Below are positions 36,766 to 50,822 of a DNA stretch of 64,000 nt, piece by piece. This DNA is from Octopus bimaculoides (taxonomy: Eukaryota). The notes under the pieces are model-generated. The model was not told the origin of the DNA and ran no database searches. It worked only from the letters and a program-made list of their open reading frames with translations. The position numbers and the translations under genes were made by a program. The stretch lies in the NCBI RefSeq assembly GCF_001194135.2, contig NC_068988.1:54028244-54092243 (forward strand), written 5' to 3'. The stretch's first letter is position 1, and every line of letters starts with the position of its first letter.

Positions 36766-37954
36766 AGTAAAAATAAATACAAAAAAAGGGGGGTTTTGTA
36801 TGATCGTGTATAGAGGAATATATTATTTTATTAAAAGAGTTACAACTCTGTCTGTTTTTTATGTTTTATTTATATTCTTGTAAAATTAATGTGGGATATA
36901 GAATATGGAATATATAATATATAATATAAAAATGGATGGTACAATGAAATGAAGTATTGAATGTCTTATTGAATATATGAAATATTGAGTGTTCAATATA
37001 AAGGATTAAATATATAAAGGCGAATACGTATTTTCAATACGTTTTGGTATTTCATCATGGCCGGTATCTGACATATGTATCTGAATTTTTTACAACTCTT
37101 ACTCTATCTTTTAGTCGCCCCCTTACTTTCTTCCTTTTTTCTTTTTCTTGCTCTCCCCTCTCTTTCTTTAACTCCCACTATTTCCCACTCATTTATCTCC
37201 CCTGTACCTTTCTCTTTGTCTCTGATTTTTTTCTAATCCTTCAATCCCGCTACCCCCTACCCATCTCTCCTTTTTCTACATGACTGATGTCCAGCCAGCC
37301 ATGATCTTTCTTTCTTGGCCTGACTGCCGACATCTCTTATGTCCATCTCCTATATTCCTGCCTTTAGGCTTTCTCTTCATACATGCCAGTCGAATTGGAT
37401 TCATTCTCAGTCGAAAGACGCCTGTTGTTGTTTTCTTGTTATTTGTATTCATAATTGTGTATCACGTTTTCCGTTTTTTGTCTTTTTGTGTACCATGTTC
37501 TCCACTTTTTGTCTTTGTTGCCGTACACATTCACTAGCTTTCTTACAAAGGGGTCTAATACTCTTAGCTTAGACTTTCTTGGGGGCAACCAGATCGAACT
37601 GTCTCAAGTGTAACTGCCTGAAATGGTCATGACTTCTGGTACTTGACCGAAGAAAGAAGGCTATGAATGACCCGTCTTCTTTTGCCTGTCCTTCTAATTG
37701 TTGTTTCTCTTGTCTGCCTTTGTATCATCTATCTGTCCGAATGTTTTATTGCCCTCTATTGTGTTTTTGTTCCATATTTTGGCTGACCAGTTCGCGGAAC
37801 ACCGCCAAGACATATGACTCGGCAATGACACCCCGGTCTCGCGCCATTTCTGTTCTACCAGTCACTCTTTGCAACACCTGTCTGTGTTCAGATTGTCCTT
37901 ACACAGGGGCCATCCAGATTCCCATCTTCACTGTGAACAGGGATTAATCTGCTC

Positions 37955-38380
37955 TCTTCACTCTTTTGTGCCACATGGGCTCAACTTTCCCTCCCTCTTC
38001 ATCTAACCCTCCTCCCCTCTCACACCTACTTCCTCCCACCCACCTCTCCTCTATTGCTCCGACTCCTACTTCTCTTCACTCCTAGCCTCCTCTCTTCTCT
38101 TCACTCCTACCCACCTTCTCCTTTCCCTCTCTCCCTTCATCATCACTCCTACTTCGTAACCTCCACCCCTACACAATCCAACCCCACCTTCCCTATCCAT
38201 CCCATCCCACCCCTACCCCATCCCTTACACCCACCCCCACATACCCCACCGCTACCTCCACCCTCAGCCTAACCCACACCCCACCCTTGCTTTCCCCACT
38301 CTCGCCTCTCCCACATCCCAACACCACTTCACCGCACAGCACCATACCACACAACTCCATATCACATCACACCACCACAG
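37955..38380. repeat. C-rich/pyrimidine-rich low-complexity tract (G-rich on - strand)
   Basis: Dense CCC/CCT/CAC runs. Confidence 0.85.
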
Positions 38381-38480
38381 TTAAGTACCAGTCAAGTACT
38401 GGGTCCAGTGTAACCAACTCTACCTTTCTTCCAAATTTGAGTCCTTGTGTCCATGTTAGAAATTATCATTTCTGTTAAGG

Positions 38481-38700
38481 GCAGTTGATAGCTGAACCAT
38501 TGGATTGTTAGATAAAATTCCTTGTGGTATTTAGTGATAATTTTCTACATCCTGAATTCCAATCCCTCCAGAGACAACTTAGCTTTTCATCTTCAGGGAT
38601 TGATAAAATAAACAGCAGTCAAATATTGAGTGTCAATTTAATCAATAATTCCCTCCCACTGAAATTTTCGGTTTTCAAGCCTATGTCAAAAAGTTTCATC
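38481..38700 (+). mobile_element. Degenerate SINE family C
   Basis: Similarity to the 6180-6411 head and central domain; further fragments at 30020-30118, 38380-38470, 39885-40035 and 51030-51110. Confidence 0.6.
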
Positions 38701-40344
38701 GTCATCATCGTCACCATCATCATCATCATCATTCTTATCATCATCATTGTTGTTGTTGTTGTTGCTGTTGTTTTTATTATCTTTTTTTTCCTTTACTATT
38801 ATTGATCATCAACTTTCTCCATCAGTCTGTCGATGTTTATTGATGGGATAACAAGCGATGCCAATAATGGCAATATAGCTATTGATTATTATTAGCAACA
38901 CATTACTCTCTATTCAATGAAGTTAATTAGAATGTTTTATGAATCAAAAACTTAATCTCATCAAACATCCACCCACAACATCTCTGAGATACATACACAC
39001 AAAGATATTGTTCTCCTGGAGCTGTCTAACATGTCACAGATAACACTAAAATTTTTTATTGCTTAAACTTTTTTTTGCTCTGCCGTTTTCTCGTTTTGTA
39101 TTATATTTTGTTAGTCTTTTATTCATTTATTGGTTTCAATCAATGAATTGTGACCATGCTGGAGTACCCAGAATCCTTAGTAGATGATATCAGTCTCAGG
39201 ACTTTGACTTTATTGATATTTATTAAAAGACCCAGGTTCTCGCTTAACCTTTGGGGCAGCAACTCAATGCTGATAAAAAAAAAAAACATGGGGTTCTCTT
39301 TTGACACATTGATTTATATTAGTATAGACATGCACCCCCAACCCCCACTCAGCCACCCACTCACCCCACCCACCNNNNNNNNNNNNNNNNNNNNNNNNNN
39401 NNNNNNNNNNNNNNNNNNNNNNNNNNNNNNNNNNNNNNNNNNNNNNNNNNNNNNNNNNNNNNNNNNNNNNNNNNNNNNNNNNNNNNNNNNNNNNNNNNNN
39501 NNNNNNNNNNNNNNNNNNNNNNNNNNNNNNNNNNNNNNNNNNNNNNNNNNNNNNNNNNNNNNNNNNNNNNNNNNNNNNNNNNNNNNNNNNNNNNNNNNNN
39601 NNNNNNNNNNNNNNNNNNNNNNNNNNNNNNNNNNNNNNNNNNNNNNNNNNNNNNNNNNNNNNNNNNNNNNNNNNNNNNNNNNNNNNNNNNNNNNNNNNNN
39701 NNNNNNNNNNNNNNNNNNNNNNNNNNCTCATACATGTCACTCATCCAACCCCCATTCACCCCACCCCACCCATCCGTGCACCTCATTCACCCTCCCCCGC
39801 TCCACACACAGCAGGCTTCAACATAGTTTCCTTAGACCAAATTCTGATTGCAAGATATTAGTCAACTTGAGGCAATGGTAGAAGTCATACAAAACCCAGT
39901 ATGTGACTGGTACTTTATTGTATCAGCAGCCGGGAGGATGATAGATAAGTTTGAAATAGGTTGGATTTGAACTCAGAATGTAACTGGACTTGACTAAAAA
40001 CCAGACATTTTGTGTAATGTGCTACCAAATCCATCAGTCTTACAGCATGGGACTTGCCTAAAGTGCCATTCAGCAAAAATAGTAATGGTAGTATATATTA
40101 ACTATCATTCAGAGGAATTACGAAGCATTCCAACCATGTTTTGTGGTTCGCTACTTCAACAGCTCCTTTATAGGATCCAATGTCTAAAGACATCCTCAGG
40201 AGGAACCATGTCTGGTTTTGGACCCTACTCCTCTACCTCTTTTGACGTGCATTTTTTCTTTTTTAACTATGGCTGTAAAGTTAAGTAGTTTGCTTTGCAA
40301 TCAAATGGTTTTGGATTCAGTCCCACTGCATGACATGTTTCCTA

Positions 40345-41045
40345 CTGCCCCCACTCTTCCAGGCCTTCTAGGCCTGTTTCTTTGTTCTAATGGCCCTGTC
40401 TACAGTATTGTTCCACCACCACGTTACCCTCAGTCTGGAAGGAACTTTGCACCAGCCACAGATTTGGTTTGTGGCTCTCAGCAAGCTGTCCCTCAGGAAT
40501 TCTCAGTTGCCCTCTATGTCACAAGTTTGTAGCTCCTCCTCCCTCTCATCAAATTTCTCATTTAGGATGTCCCTAAATCTCTGACCATATGAAGGGTCCT
40601 TAAGCTTCCAAATCCTTCCTGCTTCTTGGCATTCTTCTGGCCTGGAGTCTAAAGTCGCTAATGGCTAGTCTATGTTGGGGTGTACATTCTTCACAAGGGC
40701 GGGTCTTTGTATTTAAGAGCAACCATGCATCCTGCTGTCTGGTGAGAATGAAATCGATCTGGCTAGCAGAGTCACCTTATTGATAGGTTATCAGATGGCT
40801 GGCTTCCTGAAGTTGATGCTGCAGATCAAAAGGTTATTTGCATCAAAGAACTCCAATAGCCTTGTTCCCACTTCATTTCAGGAACCAATTCCATGGCCCC
40901 TCTGAACACCATGGAAAATACCAGACTGCCATGCCCATTGAAATCCCCAGCCATGAAGATGAGATCATAGTCACTCGTCTTTGAGGTAGCCTGCAGAAGA
41001 ATATCATAAAAGTAGTCCTTCTGTTCGTTTGGTAGGCCCGCTTGT
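40345..41045 (-). pseudogene. RTE LINE APE endonuclease/linker fragment
   Basis: GIFHGVQRGHGIG.*NEVGTRLLEFFDANNLLIC..FRKP..EECTPQHRL..DFR. Confidence 0.8.
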
Positions 41046-41207
41046 GGGGAATAGGCAAATATAATTGTAGCTATACTATAAGATTAGACTTAAGTACTCT
41101 ATTGCACACTCTGACTATCTCTATGACCTTGTCCACCCATTTCTCTGCAAGAAGTATGCCCACACCACTTATTCCATCACTGTTTCCTTCCTCGAAAATA
41201 TATCATC

Positions 41208-42076
41208 ATCATCATCATCATCGTTTAACATCCATTTTCCATACTGGCATGGGTTGGCCGGTTCAACTGGAGTCTGGGAAGCCAGGGGGCTGCACCAGGC
41301 TCCAGTCTGATCTGGCAGTGTTTCTACTGCTTGATGCCCTTCCTAACGCCAACCACTCCGAGACTGTAGTGGGTGCTTTTTATGTGCCACCAGCACAGGG
41401 GCCAGAGGAGGCTGACAACGACCATGATTGGTTGGTGCTTTTTATGTGCCACTGGCATGGGAGCCAATCAAGGTGGCGCTGGCATGAGCCATGTTCAGAT
41501 GGTGCTTTTTACGTGCCACCGGCATGGGGATCACAACTACAATTTCCACTTGATTTTGATTTTGATGTTGATGTACCTGACTCAATAGGTCTCCTCAAGC
41601 ACAGCATGTCGCCCAATGATCCAAGGTACTTTTGAGTGGGCTGGTTATGCGTCACTAGTGTAGGTTACAACTGTGATTTCACTTTATATTCAGGGTCTTC
41701 TCAGTCACAGCATATCTCCAAAGGTCTCAGTCTTTCGTCATTGTCTCTGAGAGGCCCAACATTCGAAGGTCATGCTTTACCACCTCATCCCATGTCTTCC
41801 TGGGTCTCCCTCTACCCTGGATTCCTTCAACTGTTTGGGAGTGGCACTTCTTCACACATCTCTCCTCATCCATCTGTAGTACATGACCATACCAATGCAA
41901 ACGTCTCTCTTGCACGCCACATCCGATGCTTCTTATGTCCAACATTTCTCTCAGGGTGCTTACACTCTGTCGCGTGTGCACACTGATATTACACATCCAG
42001 CAGATCATGCTAGCTTCATTTCTTTCGAGCCTACACATGTCTTCAGCAGTCACAGCCCATGTTTCACTGCCATGAA
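41208..42076 (-). mobile_element. RTE LINE 3' end: RT C-terminus, 3' UTR tandem units, (GAT)n tail
   Basis: HGSETWAVT..RLHWYGHVLQM..GRGRPRKTW; continues into the tail family found about ten times in the window; cut by N gap. Confidence 0.9.
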
Positions 42077-42597
42077 NNNNNNNNNNNNNNNNNNNNNNNN
42101 NNNNNNNNNNNNNNNNNNNNNNNNNNNNNNNNNNNNNNNNNNNNNNNNNNNNNNNNNNNNNNNNNNNNNNNNNNNNNNNNNNNNNNNNNNNNNNNNNNNN
42201 NNNNNNNNNNNNNNNNNNNNNNNNNNNNNNNNNNNNNNNNNNNNNNNNNNNNNNNNNNNNNNNNNNNNNNNNNNNNNNNNNNNNNNNNNNNNNNNNNNNN
42301 NNNNNNNNNNNNNNNNNNNNNNNNNNNNNNNNNNNNNNNNNNNNNNNNNNNNNNNNNNNNNNNNNNNNNNNNNNNNNNNNNNNNNNNNNNNNNNNNNNNN
42401 NNNNNNNNNNNNNNNNNNNNNNNNNNNNNNNNNNNNNNNNNNNNNNNNNNNNNNNNNNNNNNNNNNNNNNNNNNNNNNNNNNNNNNNNNNNNNNNNNNNN
42501 NNNNNNNNNNNNNNNNNNNNNNNNNNNNNNNNNNNNNNNNNNNNNNNNNNNNNNNNNNNNNNNNNNNNNNNNNNNNNNNNNNNNNNNNNNNNNNNNN

Positions 42598-42641
<44 letters not shown>

Positions 42642-42800
42642 ACAGGCTTCTTTCAGTTTCTGTCTATCAAATCCACTCACAAGGCTTTGATCAGCTCAAG
42701 GCTATAATAGAAGACACTTGCCCAAGGTGCCATGCAGTGGGACTGAAACCAGAACCATGTGGTTAGGAAGCAAGCTTCTTACCACACTGCTGCTCTCGCA
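42642..42800 (-). mobile_element. SINE family A 5' half
   Basis: Reverse match to head consensus. Confidence 0.85.
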
Positions 42801-43026
42801 CCTGTATATATGTATATAAGTATGATGATGTGTCACCAGAGCAGTGATAAGAAACAAATGGAAAGTTAAATGGATGAAAACTGTGATCATTGTTTTCAAT
42901 TCATCATATGCTTATTGCTAAAAGTTTGAATCAGAAATGAATATCCAATAAGGAATTACTGGAAAGGTATTGGAAAGTTCTTTTTATAGGATGATTTGGT
43001 TGTGGACAGGTTCTGTAGTTATATAA

Positions 43027-43092
<66 letters not shown>

Positions 43093-43380
43093 GAGAGAGA
43101 GTCCTAGTGAAGCCCTTTTACAAGTAGGAGTTGGGTCAACTGTGTTGTAGACTCTTCATATTTGGATGGTCTGGCTGTCAAACATGACCTGATATGGAAT
43201 AGCACCTGACAGGAATGCAACAGTGTACACTATTCTTACTGTCCATCAGTTCAGTATCTCAGAGACATTCTAAGTTAGCTTATTTTAAGCTTGACTGATT
43301 TGCAATCAACATCATTGATTTGTTAGGCAGTGAATTTATATACTACACATGCACACACATACACACACAGACATGTATAA

Positions 43381-43428
<48 letters not shown>

Positions 43429-43430
43429 GC

Positions 43431-44398
43431 GGCAAGTGTCTTCTACTATAGCCCCGGGCCGACCAAAGTCTTGTGAGTGGATTTGGTAGACAGAAACTGA
43501 AAGAAGCCCGTCGTATATATATATATATANNNNNNNNNNNNNNNNNNNNNNNNNNNNNNNNNNNNNNNNNNNNNNNNNNNNNNNNNNNNNNNNNNNNNNN
43601 NNNNNNNNNNNNNNNNNNNNNNNNNNNNNNNNNNNNNNNNNNNNNNNNNNNNNNNNNNNNNNNNNNNNNNNNNNNNNNNNNNNNNNNNNNNNNNNNNNNN
43701 NNNNNNNNNNNNNNNNNNNNNNNNNNNNNNNNNNNNNNNNNNNNNNNNNNNNNNNNNNNNNNNNNNNNNNNNNNNNNNNNNNNNNNNNNNNNNNNNNNNN
43801 NNNNNNNNNNNNNNNNNNNNNNNNNNNNNNNNNNNNNNNNNNNNNNNNNNNNNNNNNNNNNNNNNNNNNNNNNNNNNNNNNNNNNNNNNNNNNNNNNNNN
43901 NNNNNNNNNNNNNNNNNNNNNNNNNNNNNNNNNNNNNNNNNNNNNNNNNNNNNNNNNNNNNNNNNNNNNNNNNNNNNNNNNNNNNNNNNNNNNNNNNNNN
44001 NNNNNNNNNNNNNNNNNNNNNNNNNNNNNNNNNNNNNNNNNNNNNNNNNNNNNNNNNNNNNNNNNNNNNNNNNNNNNNNNNNNNNNNNNNNNNNNNNNNN
44101 NNNNNNNNNNNNNNNNNNNNNNNNNNNNNNNNNNNNNNNNNNNNNNNNNNNNNNNNNNNNNNNNNNNNNNNNNNNNNNNNNNNNNNNNNNNNNNNNNNNN
44201 NNNNNNNNNNNNNNNNNNNNNNNTATATACATATATACGACGGGCTTCTTTCAGTTTCTGTCTACCAAATCCACCCACAAGGCTTTGCTCGGACCGAGGC
44301 TATAGTAGAAGACACTTGCCCAAGGTGCCACACAGTGGGACTGAACCCGGAACCATGTGGTTGGTAAGCAAGCTACTTACCACACAGCCACTCCTGCG
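43431..44398. mobile_element. Two convergent SINE family A heads (+ 43431-43513, - 44239-44398) across (TA)n and an N gap
   Basis: Both near consensus with CpGs intact. Confidence 0.85.
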
Positions 44399-46183
44399 TT
44401 ATTTTGGAGGATTTCAAAACATATGGAATTTTTTTTAGGAAGCTGTGTCCTGTTCTGAGAGTGAACAAATGTGTGTAGTTTATTCCATTCTTCAACAGTT
44501 CCAAGTAATAAATTTTTCTAACTGTTGAGCATCCTTGTTTAGTTTTTTTTCTCTGATATTAGCACACAGTTTTAAGAGTGTATGGAAACTTTCCTAATTA
44601 AAATCAAAAAGCCCCAGGTTCAAATTGAAGCAGTGACCTGCTCAGTGGATGTGTGTGTGTGTGTGTGTGTGTGTGTGAGTGCGTGTGCATGTGTGTGTGA
44701 GTGTCTTTTTGTCTTGACATCATATGCTAATTGTAAACAAAATGTCACCATCATACAAGTGGCGTTGTTTGTTTGCAATTTTCCGTGAAAATATGTCCAG
44801 CCATTGTGCTGTTCATGCTTTCATGTTTGAAAGCACTCAGTGGGGAAATATTACCTAGTTTGGGAACAGGTGAAGGTTGGTGACTGGATGATCATCAAGC
44901 CACAGAAAATCTACTGCAACATATTTCTTCTGATTCATGCAAGCATGCAAAGGTAGATATTCAAATGATGACAATGACGATGATGATGATGACAAAGATG
45001 ATGGTGGCAGTGGTGGTGCCGACAGTGGTGGTGTTGGTGATGACAACAGCAATGATGATTTATAAAGAATAACAATTAACAAGCACATACTGCTAGAAAC
45101 TCATTTTGGAATCGTGATAGAACTGACAGTTTTACCATTATTCCAGGCCCCTAATGTGTCTATTATCCTTTTTTAAAGAGAGTAGGCTCTGATTTGAAAA
45201 TGATTTGGCTGCTATTTCTGGCAAGTCAAGCAACCACTGGTTCATGCTTTTTCCTATAGGTGTTGACTTGCAACTTTTCTACTGTGTCAGCATCACCAGC
45301 ATGTAAAGTTCAAGAGCTTTCTTCCTGAAAAATCCATGGAAAGAAAGAAGAGAAAAAAAATAAAGAAAAAAAACAAACAAATATAACTACAGGCTTAACC
45401 TGCACTTTCTTATAAACCACCCACCTTCCTTCAGCCCCTTTTCGTACACATCCCCAGCCTGACTCAGATTCTTCTTCATATAAGTGATATAAAAGATGGA
45501 TCTATAAAAGAGATATATGGATCCAGAATATCATGAATGCATAGAAATGCATTATTTAGATCTATAAAAAAATGAAACCAAAAAAAAAACAAACAAACAA
45601 TGATTTTGGTATCCTGGTTTTCAATGTTACAGACCACTGGCTCCTAAACATTTTCATTTGCTATTGCTTATTTGGTTTCCATAATCTCAACCCCATGGTG
45701 GTCTTAATCCTATAAAGAAAAATCATTATTCTGCATGACAGTGTATATGATCCATTAAAAAGATAACGTAATAAGAAAATTTCCCCAAAATAGTTACATT
45801 CAATTGGAAATTTATTTACAATTGAATTATAACATTGTTTTCAATCATTTAAAGACTATACCATTTTTTTCTTTATTACTCTTTTAGAAAGGGTAATATA
45901 GTTTGGAACATTTTTACACTGGGAACCTTGCTTCCTACAACTAACCATTCAAATATAGTGTAGAGCCTGTTTTGTCTGTGAAGCACATAGTGGGAAAGTA
46001 GAATTAAGCATTAAGCTTAAGGGCATAATCTATTGATCTCTGAATCTTCAAGAAGAGAAACCTCTATACAGTCACTGCATCTACTAAAAGTAGCAGCGAA
46101 ATCCAACCTCAGCAAATCACCATCTTAGAAAATGTAAGGACACATTAGATATATGTCTTAAAAGAAAAGTGTACAGGTCATGG

Positions 46184-46785
46184 TTGTGTGGTTAAGAGGC
46201 TCACTTTGAAACCATATGGTTTTGGGTTCAGTCTCATTGTGCAGCACCTTGGGCAAGGCGTCTACTACTATAGTCCTGTGCTTATTCAATGTCTTGTGTG
46301 TGAATTTGGTACACAGAAACTGTGAGGAAAGCCCATCTTATATATAAATATATACGTAGATATATACATACATATTAATGTGTGTGTGTGTGTGTGTAAT
46401 GTGTCCTTCCACTTCTTAAGACAGTAAAGGGTGTGATTTGCAGAGGATGGATTTTGCTACTATTTATAGCAGTTGCAGTGACTGCATAGAGGTTTCCCTT
46501 GTAGAAGCTCCAGTGATCAATAGATTATACCCTTAAGCAAAATACTTAACTCTACTTATGTATATATTTGTATATGTGTGTGTGTCTTTGTATTTGTGTT
46601 AGCACCTCCCTTCAATTTGACAACTGGTGTAGGCTCATGTATGTTCTCATAACTTAGTGTTTCAGTAAAAGCCATCAACTGATAAAATAAGTACCAGAAG
46701 TACTGGGTTTGGTTTGTTTAGCTAAACCCTTCAGTGTGGTGCTCCAGCCTGGCCATAGTTCGATGACAGAAAGAAGTAAACAGGA
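46184..46785 (+). mobile_element. Older SINE family A (head 46184-46337, tail 46585-46785)
   Basis: Degenerate matches to both halves. Confidence 0.7.
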
Positions 46786-47171
46786 GGGAAAAATTGGATG
46801 GCCATAGTTGGAACAGCTTAGATAATAAAACTGCTTCATTATGGACAGCCTGCTGTTTAGTAACAACAATATATTGATTACTTGTTTGTTGTTTTTATCT
46901 TATTTCATATCACATTTCATCGACAATAACATCAGTGGTTACAGGTTTTACATTGAGTTGATCACTGGTTCACTGCATTGCCATTGTTTGTGTAATTCTT
47001 GTGAAACAAATACTACACAGGGTATTTTTATTTAGAAACATTGGTTTTTTGCTTTTTTAGGGGTTTTTTTTGTTGTTGATGTTTACATCTTTCTTTTGTA
47101 TTGACTGACAAAAGATGTACACATGCATACCACACACAACACACACACACATAGATGTGTGTGTGCATGTC

Positions 47172-47224
<53 letters not shown>

Positions 47225-47971
47225 NNNNNNNNNNNNNNNNNNNNNNNNNNNNNNNNNNNNNNNNNNNNNNNNNNNNNNNNNNNNNNNNNNNNNNNNNNNN
47301 NNNNNNNNNNNNNNNNNNNNNNNNNNNNNNNNNNNNNNNNNNNNNNNNNNNNNNNNNNNNNNNNNNNNNNNNNNNNNNNNNNNNNNNNNNNNNNNNNNNN
47401 NNNNNNNNNNNNNNNNNNNNNNNNNNNNNNNNNNNNNNNNNNNNNNNNNNNNNNNNNNNNNNNNNNNNNNNNNNNNNNNNNNNNNNNNNNNNNNNNNNNN
47501 NNNNNNNNNNNNNNNNNNNNNNNNNNNNNNNNNNNNNNNNNNNNNNNNNNNNNNNNNNNNNNNNNNNNNNNNNNNNNNNNNNNNNNNNNNNNNNNNNNNN
47601 NNNNNNNNNNNNNNNNNNNNNNNNNNNNNNNNNNNNNNNNNNNNNNNNNNNNNNNNNNNNNNNNNNNNNNNNNNNNNNNNNNNNNNNNNNNNNNNNNNNN
47701 NNNNNNNNNNNNNNNNNNNNNNNNNNNNNNNNNNNNNNNNNNNNNNNNNNNNNNNNNNNNNNNNNNNNNNNNNNNNNNNNNNNNNNNNNNNNNNNNNNNN
47801 NNNNNNNNNNNNNNNNNNNNNNNNNNNNNNNNNNNNNNNNNNNNNNNNNNNNNNNNNNNNNNNNNNNNNNNNNNNNNNNNNNNNNNNNNNNNNNNNNNNN
47901 NNNNNNNNNNNNNNNNNNNNNNNNNNNNNNNNNNNNNNNNNNNNNNNNNNNNNNNNNNNNNNNNNNNNNNN

Positions 47972-48027
<56 letters not shown>

Positions 48028-48761
48028 ACACACACACATTTGATGCTACTAGTGGTTTGAACTCTTGAATATCAGCAGGTAGATTAATGCCCTTCATAAT
48101 GAATAAATGAGTATGGTACCAAAGAACCAGTTGATGGATTAGCAGTTCTCTTGTTACTGGAGCTCTGTTGTGGCTATAGATAAGACAGTTAACTCACAAA
48201 TGGTCCTAAATATGTAACATAAAAGTAGAAGAAAATCAGCTAAAGCAGTGGTAGCTTTGTTGTTGTTGTTTAACCCAGGGTCAGCCCTGGTCAAACAGAT
48301 TTATGATCAAAGGTTTTCCATCTGTGACCATCCCATTTAACCACTATTCAGATATAGTGTGTCTGAGATACACTGACGTTCAATTTTTTAAAGTTGATAG
48401 AGCATCGTCTAAGAAAGGTTTGACAACTGTTTTTCAAGGGGACATCTGCATAGATATTGTAAAAGTGACAAACGGCTTGTTAATTTGTAATGGTAAACTT
48501 AATGCCTGTAGGGATGGACTCTACGAGACTACTTGTTTTTTTTTTTTTTAAGCATAATTTAAGCAGATGAACGTGGACAGCTTTTCAGAGCAGTAGGAGA
48601 AAGACAGGGATTTACCCGACACAGTGAAACGTAGCATGGATATATTCTGATAATAATTTCAACAAATTTTAGCAAGAGGGCGCAATCACTTATATGAATA
48701 TTGGAAGGAAGAAAAAAGCAGTTCTGTCCTTAAGGGATTTGAAACTGAGGGAGTAAAGGAT

Positions 48762-48955
48762 CATCATCATCATCATTTAACATCCATTGTCCATGCTGGC
48801 ATAGGTTGGACAGTTTGACCAGGGCTGGTAAACTGAGGGGCTGCACCAGACTCCAGTCTGCTTTGGCATGGATGGATGCCTTTCCTAACACGAACCACTC
48901 CAAGAATGTAAGAGGTTCTTTTACATACCACCAGTATGGGTGCCATTTGCGTAAC
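48762..48955 (-). mobile_element. RTE LINE 3' tail
   Basis: (CAT)n TTAACATCC..CCATGCTGGCATAGGTTGGA. Confidence 0.8.
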
Positions 48956-49588
48956 ACCAAGTATGTGGATAAATACTACAAAGATACTTTGTTCATCATT
49001 AGACTAGTTCTGACATTCATTGCCCTTTAGGTTTTGATAACGAGTGGCAGAACCACTTCTACAGAAGCATGAGTTTTTGACTCGCTTACTTGGCACTGAT
49101 CCAAACTGTGGAGTATGGTTTCTGTTGGATACATTTCGCATCTTTCTACTAATTTTTCTCTATTCTTGCTCTTACTCTTTTATTCTATTCACTTGTTTCA
49201 ATCATTGGACTGTAGCCTGCGTATATATTTGTAGTTCATTTATAATTTGCTTTGTATGTTTATGTAACAAGCTTGTCCAGTCAATAGAGTTAATCACTCA
49301 TTCATGGATTTTTATCACATTGATAACTAATTAATTTCTATCATAATATAATTATGATACCATTATATAATGGTCTCACTTGCTTCTTCCCATCTTTTTG
49401 TGTTTTTTCTCTTTTGCATTCTCTTTCACTCAGTATTTATCTATCTCTTTGTCCGTCTGTCTGTGTGTCCACCCACCTGTGAGTACGTGTGTGCATGTGC
49501 GCGCATTCATGTGTGCGTGTGTGTGTGTGCTTGTGTGTGTGTATGTGTGTTTGTGTGTGCTTGTGTGTGTGTGTGTGTGTGTGTGTGC

Positions 49589-49670
<82 letters not shown>

Positions 49671-49969
49671 ATATACACATGTAAGGCAGAGAATTGGCAG
49701 AACTGTTCAAGCATCAGACAGAATTTTCATTCGTCTGTTTGACACACATTTTTCCATGCTAGCACGTAATGGATGGAGACTTATTTGGGGCAGCGTTATT
49801 TTATAATCTGGAGGTCCTTCTTGTTGCCAACTTTTACCTATCTTATTCCATTGGCCAAAGAAAGCTTAAAACAACTGGTTGTAATGTCAACAAATAATGG
49901 AAGCATCATATTACCATTATACTCAGATGGTGGCAAGCGACTCTGTAGAATGTCAACCCTTGTGAACAT

Positions 49970-50450
49970 AGGTGCAAGCATGGCTGTGTGGTAAGAAACT
50001 TGCTTCCAAACCACATAATTCTGGGTTCAGTTCCACTGTGTGGCGCCTTGAGAAAGTGTCTTCTGCTATGGCCCCGGGCCAACTAAGACCTTGTGAAACT
50101 GAAAGAAGCCTGTCATAATACACACACACACACACACACACACANNNNNNNNNNNNNNNNNNNNNNNNNNNNNNNNNNNNNNNNNNNNNNNNNNNNNNNN
50201 NNNNNNNNNNNNNNNNNNNNNNNNNNNNNNNNNNNNNNNNNNNNNNNNNNNNNNNNNNNNNNNNNNNNNNNGTGTTTGTGTGTTTATGTCCACATAACTT
50301 GGTGTTCCAGCAAAAGAGACTGATAGAATAAGTACCAGGTTTAGCCAAAAGTTAAGTACTTGGGTCAATTCATTCCACTAAAAATTCTTCAAGGTGGTGC
50401 CCCAGCATGGCCACAGCTGCCTGATGACTGAAACAAGTAAAAGATGAAAG
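49970..50450 (+). mobile_element. SINE family A spanning an N gap
   Basis: Head 49970-50112, tail 50272-50450. Confidence 0.8.
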
Positions 50451-50469
50451 ATAGAGGATTCGTATAAAG

Positions 50470-50745
50470 CTGGCACTCTGTCAGTTATGGCTCTGAGTGC
50501 TCCAGCTGATCTGATCAACGGAACAGCCAGCTCATGAACTTAACATGCAAATGCTTGAATACCCCACAAACATGTATACCCTTAATATAGTTCTCTCGAA
50601 TTCAGTTTGACACATAATGTAACAAGGTTGGTCCTCTGAACTACGTAAATAAAGTTTTCTTAAGGACACAACACGCGGCCAGAAATCGAACTTATGACCT
50701 TACAACTGTGGGCTGAATACCCTAACCACTAAGCCACGCACCTTC
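50470..50745 (-). mobile_element. SINE family B
   Basis: Reverse match to 737-1060, ending CTAACCACTAAGCCACGCACCTTCAC. Confidence 0.8.
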
Positions 50746-50781
50746 ACAACATAAAAATACACCACACAAACACACACACAC

Positions 50782-50822
<41 letters not shown>

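Noticed and set aside
42010-42050. CTGAAGA...GAAA on - strand (similar cases at 25185 and 57657)
   Set aside because: They fall in TE coding sequence, with poor stem II or a wrong core; chance matches
45240-45375. Strong minus-strand acceptor at 45325
   Set aside because: All frames close quickly and there is no good donor
50420-50445. CTGATGACTGAAACAAGTA in a SINE tail
   Set aside because: Copy-specific variant of the ATGACTGAAAC tail; no stem II or stem I
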